Positions 42,301-54,673 of a DNA stretch of 64,000 nt are shown here, piece after piece (the first letter of the stretch is position 1; every line of letters starts with the position of its first letter). The translations under genes were made by a program, and so were the position numbers. The notes under the pieces were generated by a model, which did not search any database, had not been told where the DNA came from, and saw only the letters and a program-made list of their open reading frames with translations. Source of the DNA: Styela clava (lineage: Eukaryota); contig NC_135257.1 of assembly GCF_964204865.1 (NCBI RefSeq), positions 16,182,001-16,246,000 on the forward strand. The letters run 5' to 3'.

Positions 42301-43638
42301 CGACTTGGGCTTTTGGCCTAACATCTGGCTGTTGTTTGAGATCATCAATAAACATTTTTTCCCGACAAAACGCATGACGTATAAAGGCAATGAGAGATAT
42401 TTAATTGGTAATGCTGAGTGGTCGTCTCAATTCACGGGTTAAAAACATTATTTTTTGTTTCGCTTTTAGAATTGTACATAAAATTTGCTTCAAATTTTAT
42501 TACAGACGAAGCTCCCGATAGCACTTCTTGTTCGGCGGAAAAATCACCACAAACTGAGGATGAAAATGATGAAGAACAGCCGAACGATTCTGAAAGCGAG
42601 CAAGGAAAGAAAAGAAAAAGAAGAGTTCTGTTTTCTAAAGCACAAACATATGAATTGGAAAGAAGATTTCGTCACCAGAAATATTTGTCTGCGCCAGAAA
42701 GAGAAGCCTTAGCCAATGCTATTCGTCTAACTCCTACACAGGTATTCCAAATAATTCAAATGAAATTTTAAAAAAAGTATCGATAGTCGCGAATAATTGC
42801 TTCTGATTTCAGCAGCATGAAATTGAGCCGAGGATAAACATAACGCTAACATAATGACTAACACTAATATATCTTTTAGACAGTGTGTAGAAATCACATG
42901 AGTTAATCAATATTAAAATTAAATTAAAATAGTTTCATGTCCAACTTGAGCTTCAAATTTCTAAAAAACGTTAGTTGAATCATTTTATTTTTATTTCAAA
43001 ATATATTTAGAATACCTACTCGTGTTGTGATAGTGGAGAACTAAACTTTATACTAATTATATACACAAAATTTCCAGGTGAAAATATGGTTCCAAAACCA
43101 TCGTTACAAAATGAAAAGATCGAAACAGGACAAGGGCAGCGGTCTGGGGGGTTTTGATCACATGGGAACATTGCAGTCACCCAGAAGAGTTATGGTTCCT
43201 GTGTTAATAAACAACGGAAAACCTTGTCATACCTCAAGTCATTATCCCGGCCTTTCAATGAATCAAGACATTCCGATGAGTCCCTCATCTGGTTCGGCAG
43301 TGTACGGTCCGCCATTTTACTATGAGGAATCTTCGCGTGGATATTCTCACATGCCGCTTGGCTTAGATATGAGACACTCCCTATCAACCGGAGCACATCC
43401 TGCGACCCACCCTCACACGCAATACATCACTGGTAATCAGCAAGGTAGTTACGGTTATGACCCTTCTCACTTATCAACGTACCCTCAACGCTACTCTTCG
43501 GCACACACAGGCTCATCCAGCCAATATGCATCATGCAGTCCGCCTTATCAGGGTTCAAGTGCTAACTTGCCCGGACAGAGCAGTAACCATTGTGGTTTAG
43601 AATCACAATCTATGCCACAACAATGGCCTACGTGGTAA
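36308..43638 (+). CDS. NKX2-2: NK2.2-family homeobox transcription factor (Nkx2-2/2-8; vnd orthology group), ~605 aa
   Basis: Exons 36308-37209 (TN/eh1 motif [12 protein letters not shown]), 37967-38085, 42506-42741 and 43078-43638, with intron phases 2, 1 and 0 all consistent. Homeodomain [58 protein letters not shown] has Tyr54 and the Nkx2-2-type SKAQTYE. NK2-SD is [17 protein letters not shown] and the C-terminus is QQWPTW. The start ATG is uncertain (an alternative lies near 36455). Confidence 0.93.
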
Positions 43639-45601
43639 AACGCATTTATTTATTTGTATTGTAAACTAGTTGAAATATAATGCACTCGTTACGAAAATGC
43701 CGGTTTAAATTAGGAAAGATTCACACAAGAATCTAAAGATTGGGAGCCCAATTTCAAGCTTAGGTTCACGTATATTTTTCTCATCTCATTGTCTCACTGA
43801 TAGGACAGAAATTTATCCCGAATGGCAGCTTACTGAGTGAACTCTTCAAGCATTTCAATACACAATTCAGAAATATTTGAACTAAAATACCCATCTTTGT
43901 CGACAGCGGAAAAAGCTGAAAAATTTTTTTTTAATTTATTGTTTCTTTGGACAAGCATTTTTTCACAAAACAAGCGATTGTTTTGAAAAAGTGTGAATTG
44001 AAATTCACGATTTCATTCAAAGACTATATTTTCTTGATATATCGAGATTTTGAGTTTTTTCACCCGAGTGTTACTGCATCAAGATTGCGGGCAAACCTAG
44101 GTGTTGGTAGCTTGGCACTCGTGGAAATAACTCATTTGACATTACGTTAAAAACCATAATTATTTAACCTTCTAATTTTGCTTGCATTCTCATTACATTT
44201 ATATTTTTATGGTTTCAATGATATGCCGTTATACGAAAACAAGAATAGTTGTCATTTCGGAAATTAAACACCGGACCAATTCACATTACCGATAGACGAT
44301 GTTCAGGCGTCAATATTATTGGCATCGAATAACCCAAAGAAAATAACAGTAACAGTTTCATTTTAATTGAAACCAATGATTATATATATATATAGAAAGC
44401 TCTAGCGATTTTAACTTGCGTGTAGTAATCAAACATACCGTTCGAACACATGCGGCTTTAAGGTTGAAACTTGATATAAGAAATTATGAATATACTCATG
44501 ATAGAAAACCAACTGAAATAACTTCCGAACTGTCCCATAAAAATGAGCATGTCTGGTATTTTACTTTATTTTCTTGCTGCTTATTTTTTCACCAATGAAC
44601 GCAAAATAAAAAAAATCGCGGCCATTTTTATAATATTTATTTGTAATTCTGCTCCTTCTGCTCGAAATTCTATCAGAAACAAAAAATAGGATTTTGTTGC
44701 TTTTGTATTGTCTTTATTTAACGAATAAAATGTAAGTGTAATCTACCTAAGCAAGGTTTATATATGGATTGCGTACTTAAAAAGCAAGTTCCATCGATAA
44801 TCCGTGCTTGGTGAAATATAAAGTGTGCGTTTTATATCGAAAATGCGAATTTTCTTTCTATGATAGTGCGTAGTTTTTTGTGTTTTTATTTTTTTGCAAT
44901 AGGTTAGTTACAATCATTTCTTCAATGTTTTATGCAATTCATGTATAATTTCATAAAATACATTAAACCTCTTGTAAAATTCTGAAGTATTATTTTGAAC
45001 AAAGGGTAGACTTTCATAGAAATGGTGGAATAATTACAAACAAGGACGAATCGAAGCAATCCAATCTTTTTGTATTCTCAATATAATAGCGCCACGGGCT
45101 ACTAAATTTCTTTAGGTCAATAAAAGTTGTCTTTACAAAAAGATGAAAATATGGGTACATGATTTGACACGCATGACGCTGACAAAGGTGTTTGCGTTGA
45201 TTATTATTCCATTTTCATAAACTAATCATTAATTTCCAATGAAACCGTATATATATCTAGGCAAAACTATTAACAATCTATCAATTTCAAAAACAACTGT
45301 GAATTATGACAAAGAAATGTGAAATAAGAGACGAAAACGATTATAACGAATTGAAAAAACATTGAACGCCAATCATCAAATGAATAATAATTTACTCAAT
45401 CAAATGTTTAATTTAATGTTTTTGGATGAGAATCAAAAAAGAGGGAAAAGATTTGATGAACGTGATGAAAGTTGCAAAATGAAAAATCAGCTCTGTACTC
45501 GAAATTATCTAAATAAAAAAGGGTCTTCCTAACATGTTTTACGATGATGTGGACTACGCAATAATATAAATAATTCTAAAAACAAGACAAGTTCTCTCGC
45601 A

Positions 45602-48561
45602 TTAATCCAAGTACATCAACAGAAAAATTAACTCTCCGATTAGAAGAGAGTACTTTGTCATATAAGTCGTTGATTCGCCTGTAAAAATCAAATTATTGAG
45701 TGAACAAATAAACACCGAAAGTAACAAGAACAGAATATAAAATTTTTTACCTGCATTAACATCGGTGAAATCAATATAGACAGATTCAACGTATACTCTA
45801 TCACCAACTGTGACTTCACAAGACAACATACCGGATGACATTATTTCTTGTTCTTCTTCTTCCGTAAATACTTCCGGGATCACAGTTTGGGTTGATTCAT
45901 CAACCACGGAACCTAAATATAATCAAATAAACCAGAGTTTGTTAGACTGATTAATAAATGCAGCGTTCCTAAATTATGTATAGTGAGAAATTGACATCGT
46001 ATCAGCTAGTTTTCAGTGAAAAGTCCAGTACAATGCAGTCCTTTGAGCGCCAGTTCAGAAGGCGTATCTCAGAATAATATTAATATATACCTACTACTAC
46101 ATACCCACAATACAAGACTAAAAAGTGCGGAATGGTGAGTTACTCATGGGAAGTTGATATGTTCTGTTTCATGATCGTATAGAATTATAGATTGTTGCTG
46201 ATACGCGATTTACAAAGGTCTGCATAATAATATCAAGCTGGCATTAGTGTGTAATTTATTTTGATCAACCCACCCCAAAGCAACCGATTATTTTTTCATG
46301 TATACCAGAGGTTCCGAATTATGTGGTTATAGAAATCTTGATGAGGTTGGCTGTTATTTACGAGATCCCACAATAAATTTATGAGAATAGGAACAAATAA
46401 CAAATTGTTACTCACCGATTTACGTTCATGAGTAAATTAAAATTACCTTATTTATGACTCGGATGTATTTGCTGCTTTGTATTCAAAAAATATTTAAATT
46501 GCAATTTTCAAATTTTATTAATGCCATTATTACTTCTTTGGACAGTTACAAAATTAGCCAAGTCAGTATTTAAATGAGTTGAAAAATAGCTCGCGGGCTC
46601 AGGGGCTCCGTGTGGAGCACTTTGGGAACCTATTATGATGTATATAAAGTACTCAAAGAGTAAACTCAATAGGACTTTGCGATTTACATAAAATAAAATG
46701 ATACCATTCATGGAATCCGTATCTGAAATTTCTATAATCGTCATGTTGCTGATTTCATCAATGTCTTCACTTGTCGTTTCGTCAGTCTTTGACTGATACA
46801 GTAAACTCACATCCAATTCGATAGTCGATGTAAGATTGTGTAGTTGGTCTCTTGTCTAAATAACACATTATGCCGGTATAAATGTGGTAGGCTAGCACTG
46901 ACATGGCACATCTGTTGTGACCGAAATGTGCACAGTTTGGCAAGTGACTAAGTCAAGTCAATGAAACAGGTAAGTGACAAAGAATTTCAACAAAGCGTAA
47001 GTTCTCGGGAAATGTCGTGAAAGATTTTAATTTACAACCGGTAACCTCAACATGTGAATGGATATAAAGTAGTTCATTATAACTTTTGACTCAACGAGCT
47101 CAGACAAAAAGAGCTTATTGCGTTCATTCGTAATAATAGCTAGAAAGTCGTGCTAAAAGCTCCCCGAATACCAAACCTGAGGGGTTTCGGTAACATTCAA
47201 TAAATTTGTGAAGCCATCGTCCTCATTCCAAAGCCATCGTATGGTCGCAGCTGGTTGGCTATTAATGACAGAGCAAGACACTAGATGCGACAATTGCATA
47301 TCGAGCCCAATGCCAATCGAACCGTCATTCCAAGTCATTTCTCGGTACGGCGTGTTTACCGTCATGTAAATGTATTCTGGTTCGACTATAAAATATAACG
47401 TTATTATAAAGATGTTTTACAATTGATGTAGGATTTACATATATATCCCGGATAGGATTTACATATTTATTCTTATGGAGAGAAAAACTAATGAGACGGC
47501 TCATTCATGTGGCGAACCACGGCCTGTCGCCCGGTTACCAGTCCATGTAGGGCATGAGATTAGTTTGCCAGTTATTTGTTTCCAGAATCCAGATGCATAA
47601 ACTTGATGGTAGTGGAAGCCCGAACAGACCACAGGTTACGTGAGCCACCCCACTACTGTACTCGGTTTATATTTCTACTTCCAGCATTGAACTCACCAAA
47701 TGTTTCCAATCGAATGCTGACGGGTTTAACTCCAGCAACATCACATGTGACAACGCCGGCATCAGCTTTGTTATAGTTGAGCAAAGTAAAACTAAAGTTC
47801 CCTCCTTCTGGATCAGCTCCTTTTATATCATATTTAGATCGATCAGCGGGATCCTATAAAAAATGTATTTTCTAACGTATAAACAAATGTAATATAAAAT
47901 GTATGGTTTGAAATGTAGTAACTCCGAATATTCATATCTTGACAGAGACAAAAATTTAAAAAAAAATAACATCGACTAGAGTTAGACAGTCATGACTAGA
48001 TTTGATAGAATAATATTCGTTGTCAAATAGATTTCAGGAAAAATAAATTATCAGCATGGGCTGGGAATTTTCAGTCGTATATATATATATTCGAATCGTT
48101 CCAGACAAAATTTCGGATCGCCGCCATCTTTTTTTGTCCGTCAAAGGTCGAGGTGAATCTCTCAATTTATCGAAGCCATATTTTTATAATGCAATCCTGG
48201 CATAAGACTCTTTTTTTGCAGCGAGTTATTGATGAAACGTGTTTCCTATTGTGACCCATTACAATAAAAAGTTCAATACATATCTCCCAAGTGTTTGAAG
48301 TTCGATTTTATTCGAAAAAATATACGCTCCAATTCTGAAATTATCAGGTATCCGAAAATGCCCAGACCTATTTATCATCAATTCATCTTACCGAAAACAC
48401 CGTTGTTGGTGGCGCAACGTTGGCAATCTGTCTATCATTATGATCCCATCGCACTGTTTTCTCTTTCAGGTCCGTAGCTATACAAACGATACTAACATTG
48501 AAACCTTCGGTTGCGTATAAAACTTGTCTCGGTGGTGAGATACTGATCTGTGTTGATGTCA
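45602..48561 (-). CDS. Immunoglobulin-superfamily cell-surface protein (V-set plus C2-set), probably GPI-anchored. The signal-peptide exon is uncertain.
   Basis: Phase-compatible exons 48561-48392 (NVSIVC..VRW), 47853-47697 (FSFTLLNYNKADAGVVTC), 47385-47177 (VSCSVINSQPAATIRW), 46855-46705, 46629-46534, 45912-45751 (GMLSCEV) and 45678-45602 (hydrophobic end YSLLIGELIFLLMYLD*). A candidate leader exon is 49191-49143 (MSSLLLLTAEICSNNL, phase 1). Confidence 0.8.
47429..47653 (-). mobile_element. Diverged SINE copy (middle plus 3' tail) in an intron of the Ig gene
   Basis: Joins the tail sequence seen at 54547-54668 directly to the middle sequence seen at 57536-57612 (ggaagcc..gaccacaggttacgtgagccaccc), which gives the uninterrupted SINE structure. 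Confidence 0.8.
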
Positions 48562-49899
48562 CTGAATTAATAATGTACAATGATATATGAATTAGCAACG
48601 TCAATGAAACGCAGTGTCAATATAGAAATCAATTACGCCATCACAGTTTCTAGTACGCATATTGTGAGATTGTATATCGGAACTCCGTTGACTGGGAATT
48701 GAGATAAGCCAGTGGAGTGCTTACATCAGTATATAACCTTTAATTTGCCACACTGATGATCGTTAAGCAGAATTTCAAATTGTTGAATATTCAAACTCGT
48801 TGTAATCAAATTTATCTTCTGTATTTTTATAATTGATTAGTTTGAGGTAAAAAGAAGGAAGCATATTTTTTCTTCAAAAATTTATATCAACGATAAAGGT
48901 AGCAGAATATTATAAGTACGTTTAAAGTTTCTACAACAAGTGAGTTACAAGATAAACTGTTTAATTATAAGTTTAATGTACCACGTGAAATTCTTTCAAC
49001 TCCTTCACAAATAACATAACAGGCAAAATATTCGAAATAATTTTATCGTGCTATTTTTATATGCCACAAAATACGAAATAACTTTAACATAAAGTCTTTG
49101 AGAAAATGTGACTATCACACTATTATAACTGAAAAGTATTACCAAGATTATTTGAGCAAATTTCAGCTGTCAATAGCAATAAGCTCGACATTATTAATTT
49201 AATAAACTTCATTTTGATTTGCAGAGTTGTTATCCTGTGTACCTGGCAGACAAACATAATAAAATGAGTATTCTTTCTTGGTATAACTGAACGTTAGTAT
49301 CGTGAAAGACATCCCGCTGGCATTTTGGCGTCCATTGACTGTCTCGAGCAACACAAAACACTATTAAAAATGATCACCCGTACAAACATACATTCTTAAT
49401 AACGACAGTGACGTAAAATATTGAGATGTTAACTAATTTTAAGAAATGTAAGTAAATTTTACCGATTGGGGATATATATATTTTCGTTTGGGAAAAAATG
49501 AAACGTCTTTACAAGCCGCCGTCTTGGTGATGAATTATAAATATAATGACATATATGCCACAATGGAACTTGAGGGAGGTAAAACGTCATGTAATTAAAA
49601 TGAGTACTTTACTCATATTCAACTAAATGGCACAAATGAAATGAGCACACACACAATCAGCCCGCTACTACATGCCCGTTTTCTCGAAAAAAGACTAGCT
49701 TTATGAAGCAATATCAAGGTACCCTGGTAGCCGCGAATGGCAAATCAAAATTAATTTGATAAAAATTATTATGTAGCTAGCTGTTTATTTGTCTGTTTCT
49801 TATTGTCGCTCACGATAGAACGACCTGACCTAAATTAAAAATAATTTAACAACAGGAAAAATATATATATATTCATTATCTTTCATTTATTGGCATGGC

Positions 49900-51770
49900 A
49901 ACGCCGACCAGACATCAACTATCGTTGACTTGGTTGTCTGCGATGCATGTCCCTGTAATTAAATTTATAATGATTGATGGGCAGGACCGGAGACTTGCTC
50001 CCCGCATTTTGTGGACTGATTTCGTTGATGTTTTAGAAGTTTAGCAACCTGGAGAAGAGCAGCATGATTTGCGGCACATCTTATGTACATATCGTCACGC
50101 TGATAACCGAACTGCGTAAGTCATTTTTGGCGATTTTGAGTTTTTTATAAAATAGGTATTTATGTAATGCTGCGCACCTGTCTGTTACCTCAGATTTTAT
50201 TTTGAGAATTCTGAAACCCATAAAAATGGAGATTTAGTATGACATGCACATTTGTGCAATTGTTTCGTCATAATGAATTATCATTGGTACCGCAGTACTA
50301 TTGTGACGTCACAAAGGCAAAATAACCTCGGCTAAGTATTTTTGAGTTTTTGCATCTCGGATTCTAGCTTAGTGCGTATTAATTTGAATTTATACTACAG
50401 TATAGGAGGACGTGCACTTGTGATATTTACTGTCCGAGTCCAATTCACCTTGGTTGGCTTTTATATTGGGTGCATTGCTGTTTTATTCTTTATATTTAAT
50501 CTTAGTCTCATTTCGGTGGGTGTGCAGAACGTGTTATATTGATGAAATATATAATATTAAACATAAAAAATAATGTAATTGAAACTGATTAGCTATTTTG
50601 GGGATTAGACATTATAGATAATGAGAATTACATTCGTTTTTGAAATGTTTAGTTTTCAGGACTGGTGCATATAGTAAAGTTGCAAAATTGCGTATGTCCC
50701 CAAGTCATAGACACATTTCTGCGTAAGTCACAGTGTGCCATTATGACGTCACTTAGCTACGTCATACAAATTAACTTAAATCCGGCTACGATCAAAAAAT
50801 TGAACCATGGTAAATTATTGACTCCCAATGGCATAACAATATCATTAGGAAGTTTTTTACGTTTTTCTCAAAACTGCTAAAAATGACTTACGCAATTCGG
50901 TTATTAGCGTGACGATATGTCTCTGCCATACTATCCACTGTGCGGCAAATGTAGTTAGCATAATCATGGCTGTTCCACCAGCCAACTCTTCGATTGCAGA
51001 CGAAACACATCCCGTCTCCGTTGTGAAATAAACACTGTTAATATGAACGCCCTCTTGTGTCGTTGCATCAAACTCAAGCGTAACATCCATTTCACGTTAA
51101 AGAGCTTCTGCCGCCTAAAACTCCGCAATTGCGCCTAATTCCTTTGCCATGAGTTCGACCGCGCTTCGTTTGGGATAGTTTCGGGTTTGCGACCTGAAAG
51201 TCTTTCGAGCTCTCCTATTGAAATAGGTATATTAGCTATAGGCACTTTGTTAATTATACAGGTGAACACTTTTTGGTGAACTACTGGAGAATAAATTTTC
51301 TGCCTTTTTCCGAGAACTAGTAAATTTCACCACTGTTTCATTCAAAAGTAAAATATGATGTTCTTACGATTCTATCTTTTTCTTCATTTTATCCATGAAA
51401 TACCATCTTTTTTCTTCTCACATATGCCGAGTGCGTACTTTTTACGAGGTGCAATTGTAATTTCAGGCACTTTAGTTCTTGGTGTGAAACGTTGCGATTT
51501 AATTTACGCTTCAGATTTTGGATAGTTTTATTTCGATTTTCAATTATTTTGGTGGCTTGATTTTTAACTTTGTTTGTAATTTTGCCTTTTCTTAAAAATT
51601 TTAATGTCTCTTTTGTACTTCCATCTCAGTTGGGCATTAGAAAAAGTAAAATATGATTTGATTTTGGTTCTAGTGTGACGTTTTCAGTGGAGTGTAGCAT
51701 TGAGTCCGAATAGTCATCATACGATATTGAAGTTTGAGCACTTATATCAGGACTATAATCCTCACCTTTT
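49900..51770 (-). pseudogene. Decayed DDE-type transposase of unassigned superfamily, interrupted by the ~830-bp TIR element
   Basis: Minus-strand frames with stops and frameshifts read KIYSPVVHQKVFTCIINKVPIANIP..P/KRSAVELMAKELGAIAEF*AAEAL*REMDVTLEFDATTQEGVHINSVYFTT..AIEELAGGTA/DYANYICRTVDSMA. On the other side of the insertion they read RCAANHAAL. TLxFDxTT and (D)RCAAN resemble the first and second catalytic-Asp contexts. The outer boundaries are approximate. Confidence 0.6.
50088..50919. mobile_element. ~830-bp non-autonomous TIR DNA element, copy 2
   Basis: Same TIRs and body as 6451-7281, in the same orientation, with only scattered substitutions and small indels. Confidence 0.9.
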
Positions 51771-51774
51771 GGAC

Positions 51775-52850
51775 AATCAGTAGACATAACGATCGTTTTG
51801 TTGTTCATTGGCACTTTTTGGACACCTAGTGGACCTTAGATCTAAAAAACCGCTTTTCTCTTTGAATACCGGACCAATTGCTTTGAAATTTTTAGTGGTT
51901 AAAGATGAAATTTTTCTCCAGAAGGCTCTTGCTTTTATTCATTTCAAATATTGCTGTTAGCTCTGTGAGATTTGTTTTTGTTTGCTATGACGTCACTGAA
52001 CGTTCTGCGGTCATCGGATGCCGTTTTGTGTCCGACTATACTACTTCGCGGACGCTATTTTGTGTCCGACTGTACTGCTTCGCTTGGTGTGAATATATTT
52101 GTAGACTGTGATCTGACGGTACGGTAAACCGTACTGTACTGCGAACAGAGGTGTCCATATATTTGGGCGTAGCTCTCTTGTTGGACACGTTTAGTGGACA
52201 TAACAATCGTTTTGTTGTTATGTTGTTCTTTGACACTTTTTGGGCACCTAGTGGAAATATTAAAAAACCGCTTTTCTCTTCGATCACTGGACCAATTGCT
52301 TTGAAATTTTTAGTGGTTAAAGATGATATTTTTCCCCAGAAGGCTATTACTTTTATTTATTTCAAATATTTCTGTTAGCTCTGTGAGATTTTTTTGTTTG
52401 CTATGACGTCAAGGGCGTTCTGCGGTCATCGGACGCCATTTTGTGTCCTACTGTACTGCTTCGCTTGGTGTGAATATATTTGTAGACTGTGATCTGACGG
52501 TACGGTAAACCGTACTGTACTGCGAACAGACGTGTCCATATATTTGGGCGTAACTCTCTTGTTTTTTTATCTGATACATGCAAAGGAACAGTCGTGACTG
52601 GGAAAAATTTAGCGCAGATATTGCGGTATGCTTCTGCTTGTCTGTGGCCGTTTTTGGACACGTAGTGGACATAAAGATCGTTATGTTGTTCTTTGTATCG
52701 TTTTGGAGAAATCGCTTTTCTCTTTGATTATTGGACCAATTGCTTTAAAATTTTCAGTGGGTAAAGATAAAATTTTTCTCCATGAGGTCATCAAAACTAC
52801 GTGGCGCTACGTGTCCATATATTTGAGCATAGCTCTCTTGGTTTTTTTTT
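51775..52850. repeat. Tandem array of an ~420-bp unit (about 2.5 copies)
   Basis: The marker ggaccaattgcttt occurs at 51871, 52289 and 52733. The first two units are highly similar and each carries the hairpin-like gtacggtaaaccgtac. Confidence 0.85.
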
Positions 52851-53618
52851 TCAATTTGACTAGTTTAAGAAGTTTTTAAGAGAGAGAAAGAGAATTTTTT
52901 TTTTGTCAAACCAGAAAACAGAATGATACAATAAAAAAAATAAAACAACACATAATACAGTTTTCGGTATACGGTCATCTGAGTCAGTTACCACCCAAGG
53001 CAAATACTTGAATAAATAAATTGAGACGGGTTCTGTTACAATATGAGCTTTAATATATAATAAAAATAACTATATACATTATATAAGGAAATAATCTGAT
53101 CTGAAACAGTACAGGGGAATTAATAAATTTCCAAATTCATTGAATTTATTTTCGTGGATGTAAGTTTGGTACTGTAGCCTATAGGATGAATTAAATCACC
53201 ATTAGGAAAACCAAGTTCGACAATTATTACAACGAAAAATAAAAATCTGATTGATACAATTTGCAAGTCTAGAAATATATAACATATGCATTACAGTATT
53301 ATAATTTTATTTTTAATTTAATTGGATGCAGATGTAGCCTACAAAAATTTGATCATAAGTGCACAGATCAACCATTGGAATGAGAATTTTGAGCACGTCA
53401 AAATGCAACAATATAAAATTAATCTTACAGAAGTACTAAATATTTATGAATAAATATTACAGATGAACTATTTAAATTTTGACAAGATCTTCAAATAAGC
53501 TACAATAATTCAACATATTTATTTTTCGTTCAATGAGTGAGGCGTAAAGTTTAGGATAAAAATTGCCAAATTAGTCTATCTATTTTATAATTTCACAGTG
53601 AAAATTATATTTATTATA

Positions 53619-53913
53619 GTGAACTGAATGATTCATTGCACACGGTACTACATGAAAATATACGTGAATGAATTATGGAGTTCTAGCATATGTGTTCAGA
53701 ACGAGTATCAAGATGACAATTCATTTATCACTGTGAATTAACGATTCATTACAATACAGTACTACATGAAATTGTATTGGAATAAATTATGGAGTTCCAG
53801 CATGTGTGTTCGGAACAAGTATCAAGATGACCCTTTTATTGCAGTGAAAGATGATATAATACAGTTTCACATGAAAATATATGTGAATAAATTATGAAGT
53901 TCCAGCATGTGTG
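53619..53913. repeat. Tandem repeat with a ~110-bp unit (about 2.7 copies)
   Basis: acatgaaa...aattatggagttc(t/c)agcat(a/g)tgtg recurs at about 53648, 53762 and 53868. Confidence 0.8.
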
Positions 53914-54546
53914 AGACAACCCGTTTAATGCTAGCAACCAATTTTGGCGAGTTATCAGTGATATCAAGATAGTTCTCCCTCAGTTTTGTTTCAGTAGCAA
54001 CCCGGCTTTTTTATTGCAGGTGATGTTTATGAGAAGGATGTGACTGTTTCTGAGGTTACGGTACTGATTAACGGTGTCGGTAGTATCGAATAGTTTTCCA
54101 GAAGTGAATTTTTCGCCACGCCAGGAGGGCCTTGTTACAAATTTCTCTTATTCTTTTTAGGAGGCATCTGTTTGATACGCTAATGCACAGTATACTAATT
54201 GAAATGAAATAAACCTATTTGCTTCCAGACGAGATTTCTGATAAAATGCGCAATATCATCAACAAAAGTTGTCAGATCCTAATAGGCGTATCTGGAAATA
54301 TTTTGTAGGGATCGTAGCGAGAAATGTTCGTGAATATTTTTTTTTATTCAAACTTCTCATATATTCAAGAAAAGAGGACATTTAATAGTAGTATATTGTT
54401 AAATATCGAATCTGTGTAACCGTATTATTATTTATTTACGGTGTGATATCGGAAAGATTTCGAATTCTGGCAACTGTCAGTGTGGAAACGATTGTCGGCG
54501 AATCGGCAGATTCAGCGCAAAATTCGCGCGTTTTTAGTTTGACATT

Positions 54547-54673
54547 AGAATAGGATAGGATTTACATATTTATCCCGGGGGAGAGGAAAGCCGATAAGAC
54601 GGCTTATCCATATGGCGAACCACGGCCTCTCGTCCGGTTACCATTCCAAGTCGGGTATGGGATTAGTTTTACT
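54547..54673 (-). mobile_element. 3' half of the tRNA-derived SINE, separated from its head by the LINE insertion
   Basis: (ATCCT)n tail on the minus strand and homology to 8382-8503 and 47429-47565. Confidence 0.8.

Noticed and set aside
48562-48604. Signal-peptide-like MTLLIHISLYIINS at the start of ORF 48383-48604
   Set aside because: It starts at TTG with an in-frame stop just upstream and no ATG. It is better explained as intron sequence before the acceptor at 48564-48562.
51775-53913. CRISPR-like arrays
   Set aside because: The units are 110-440 bp and repeat in full without unique spacers. There are no cas genes and the context is eukaryotic.
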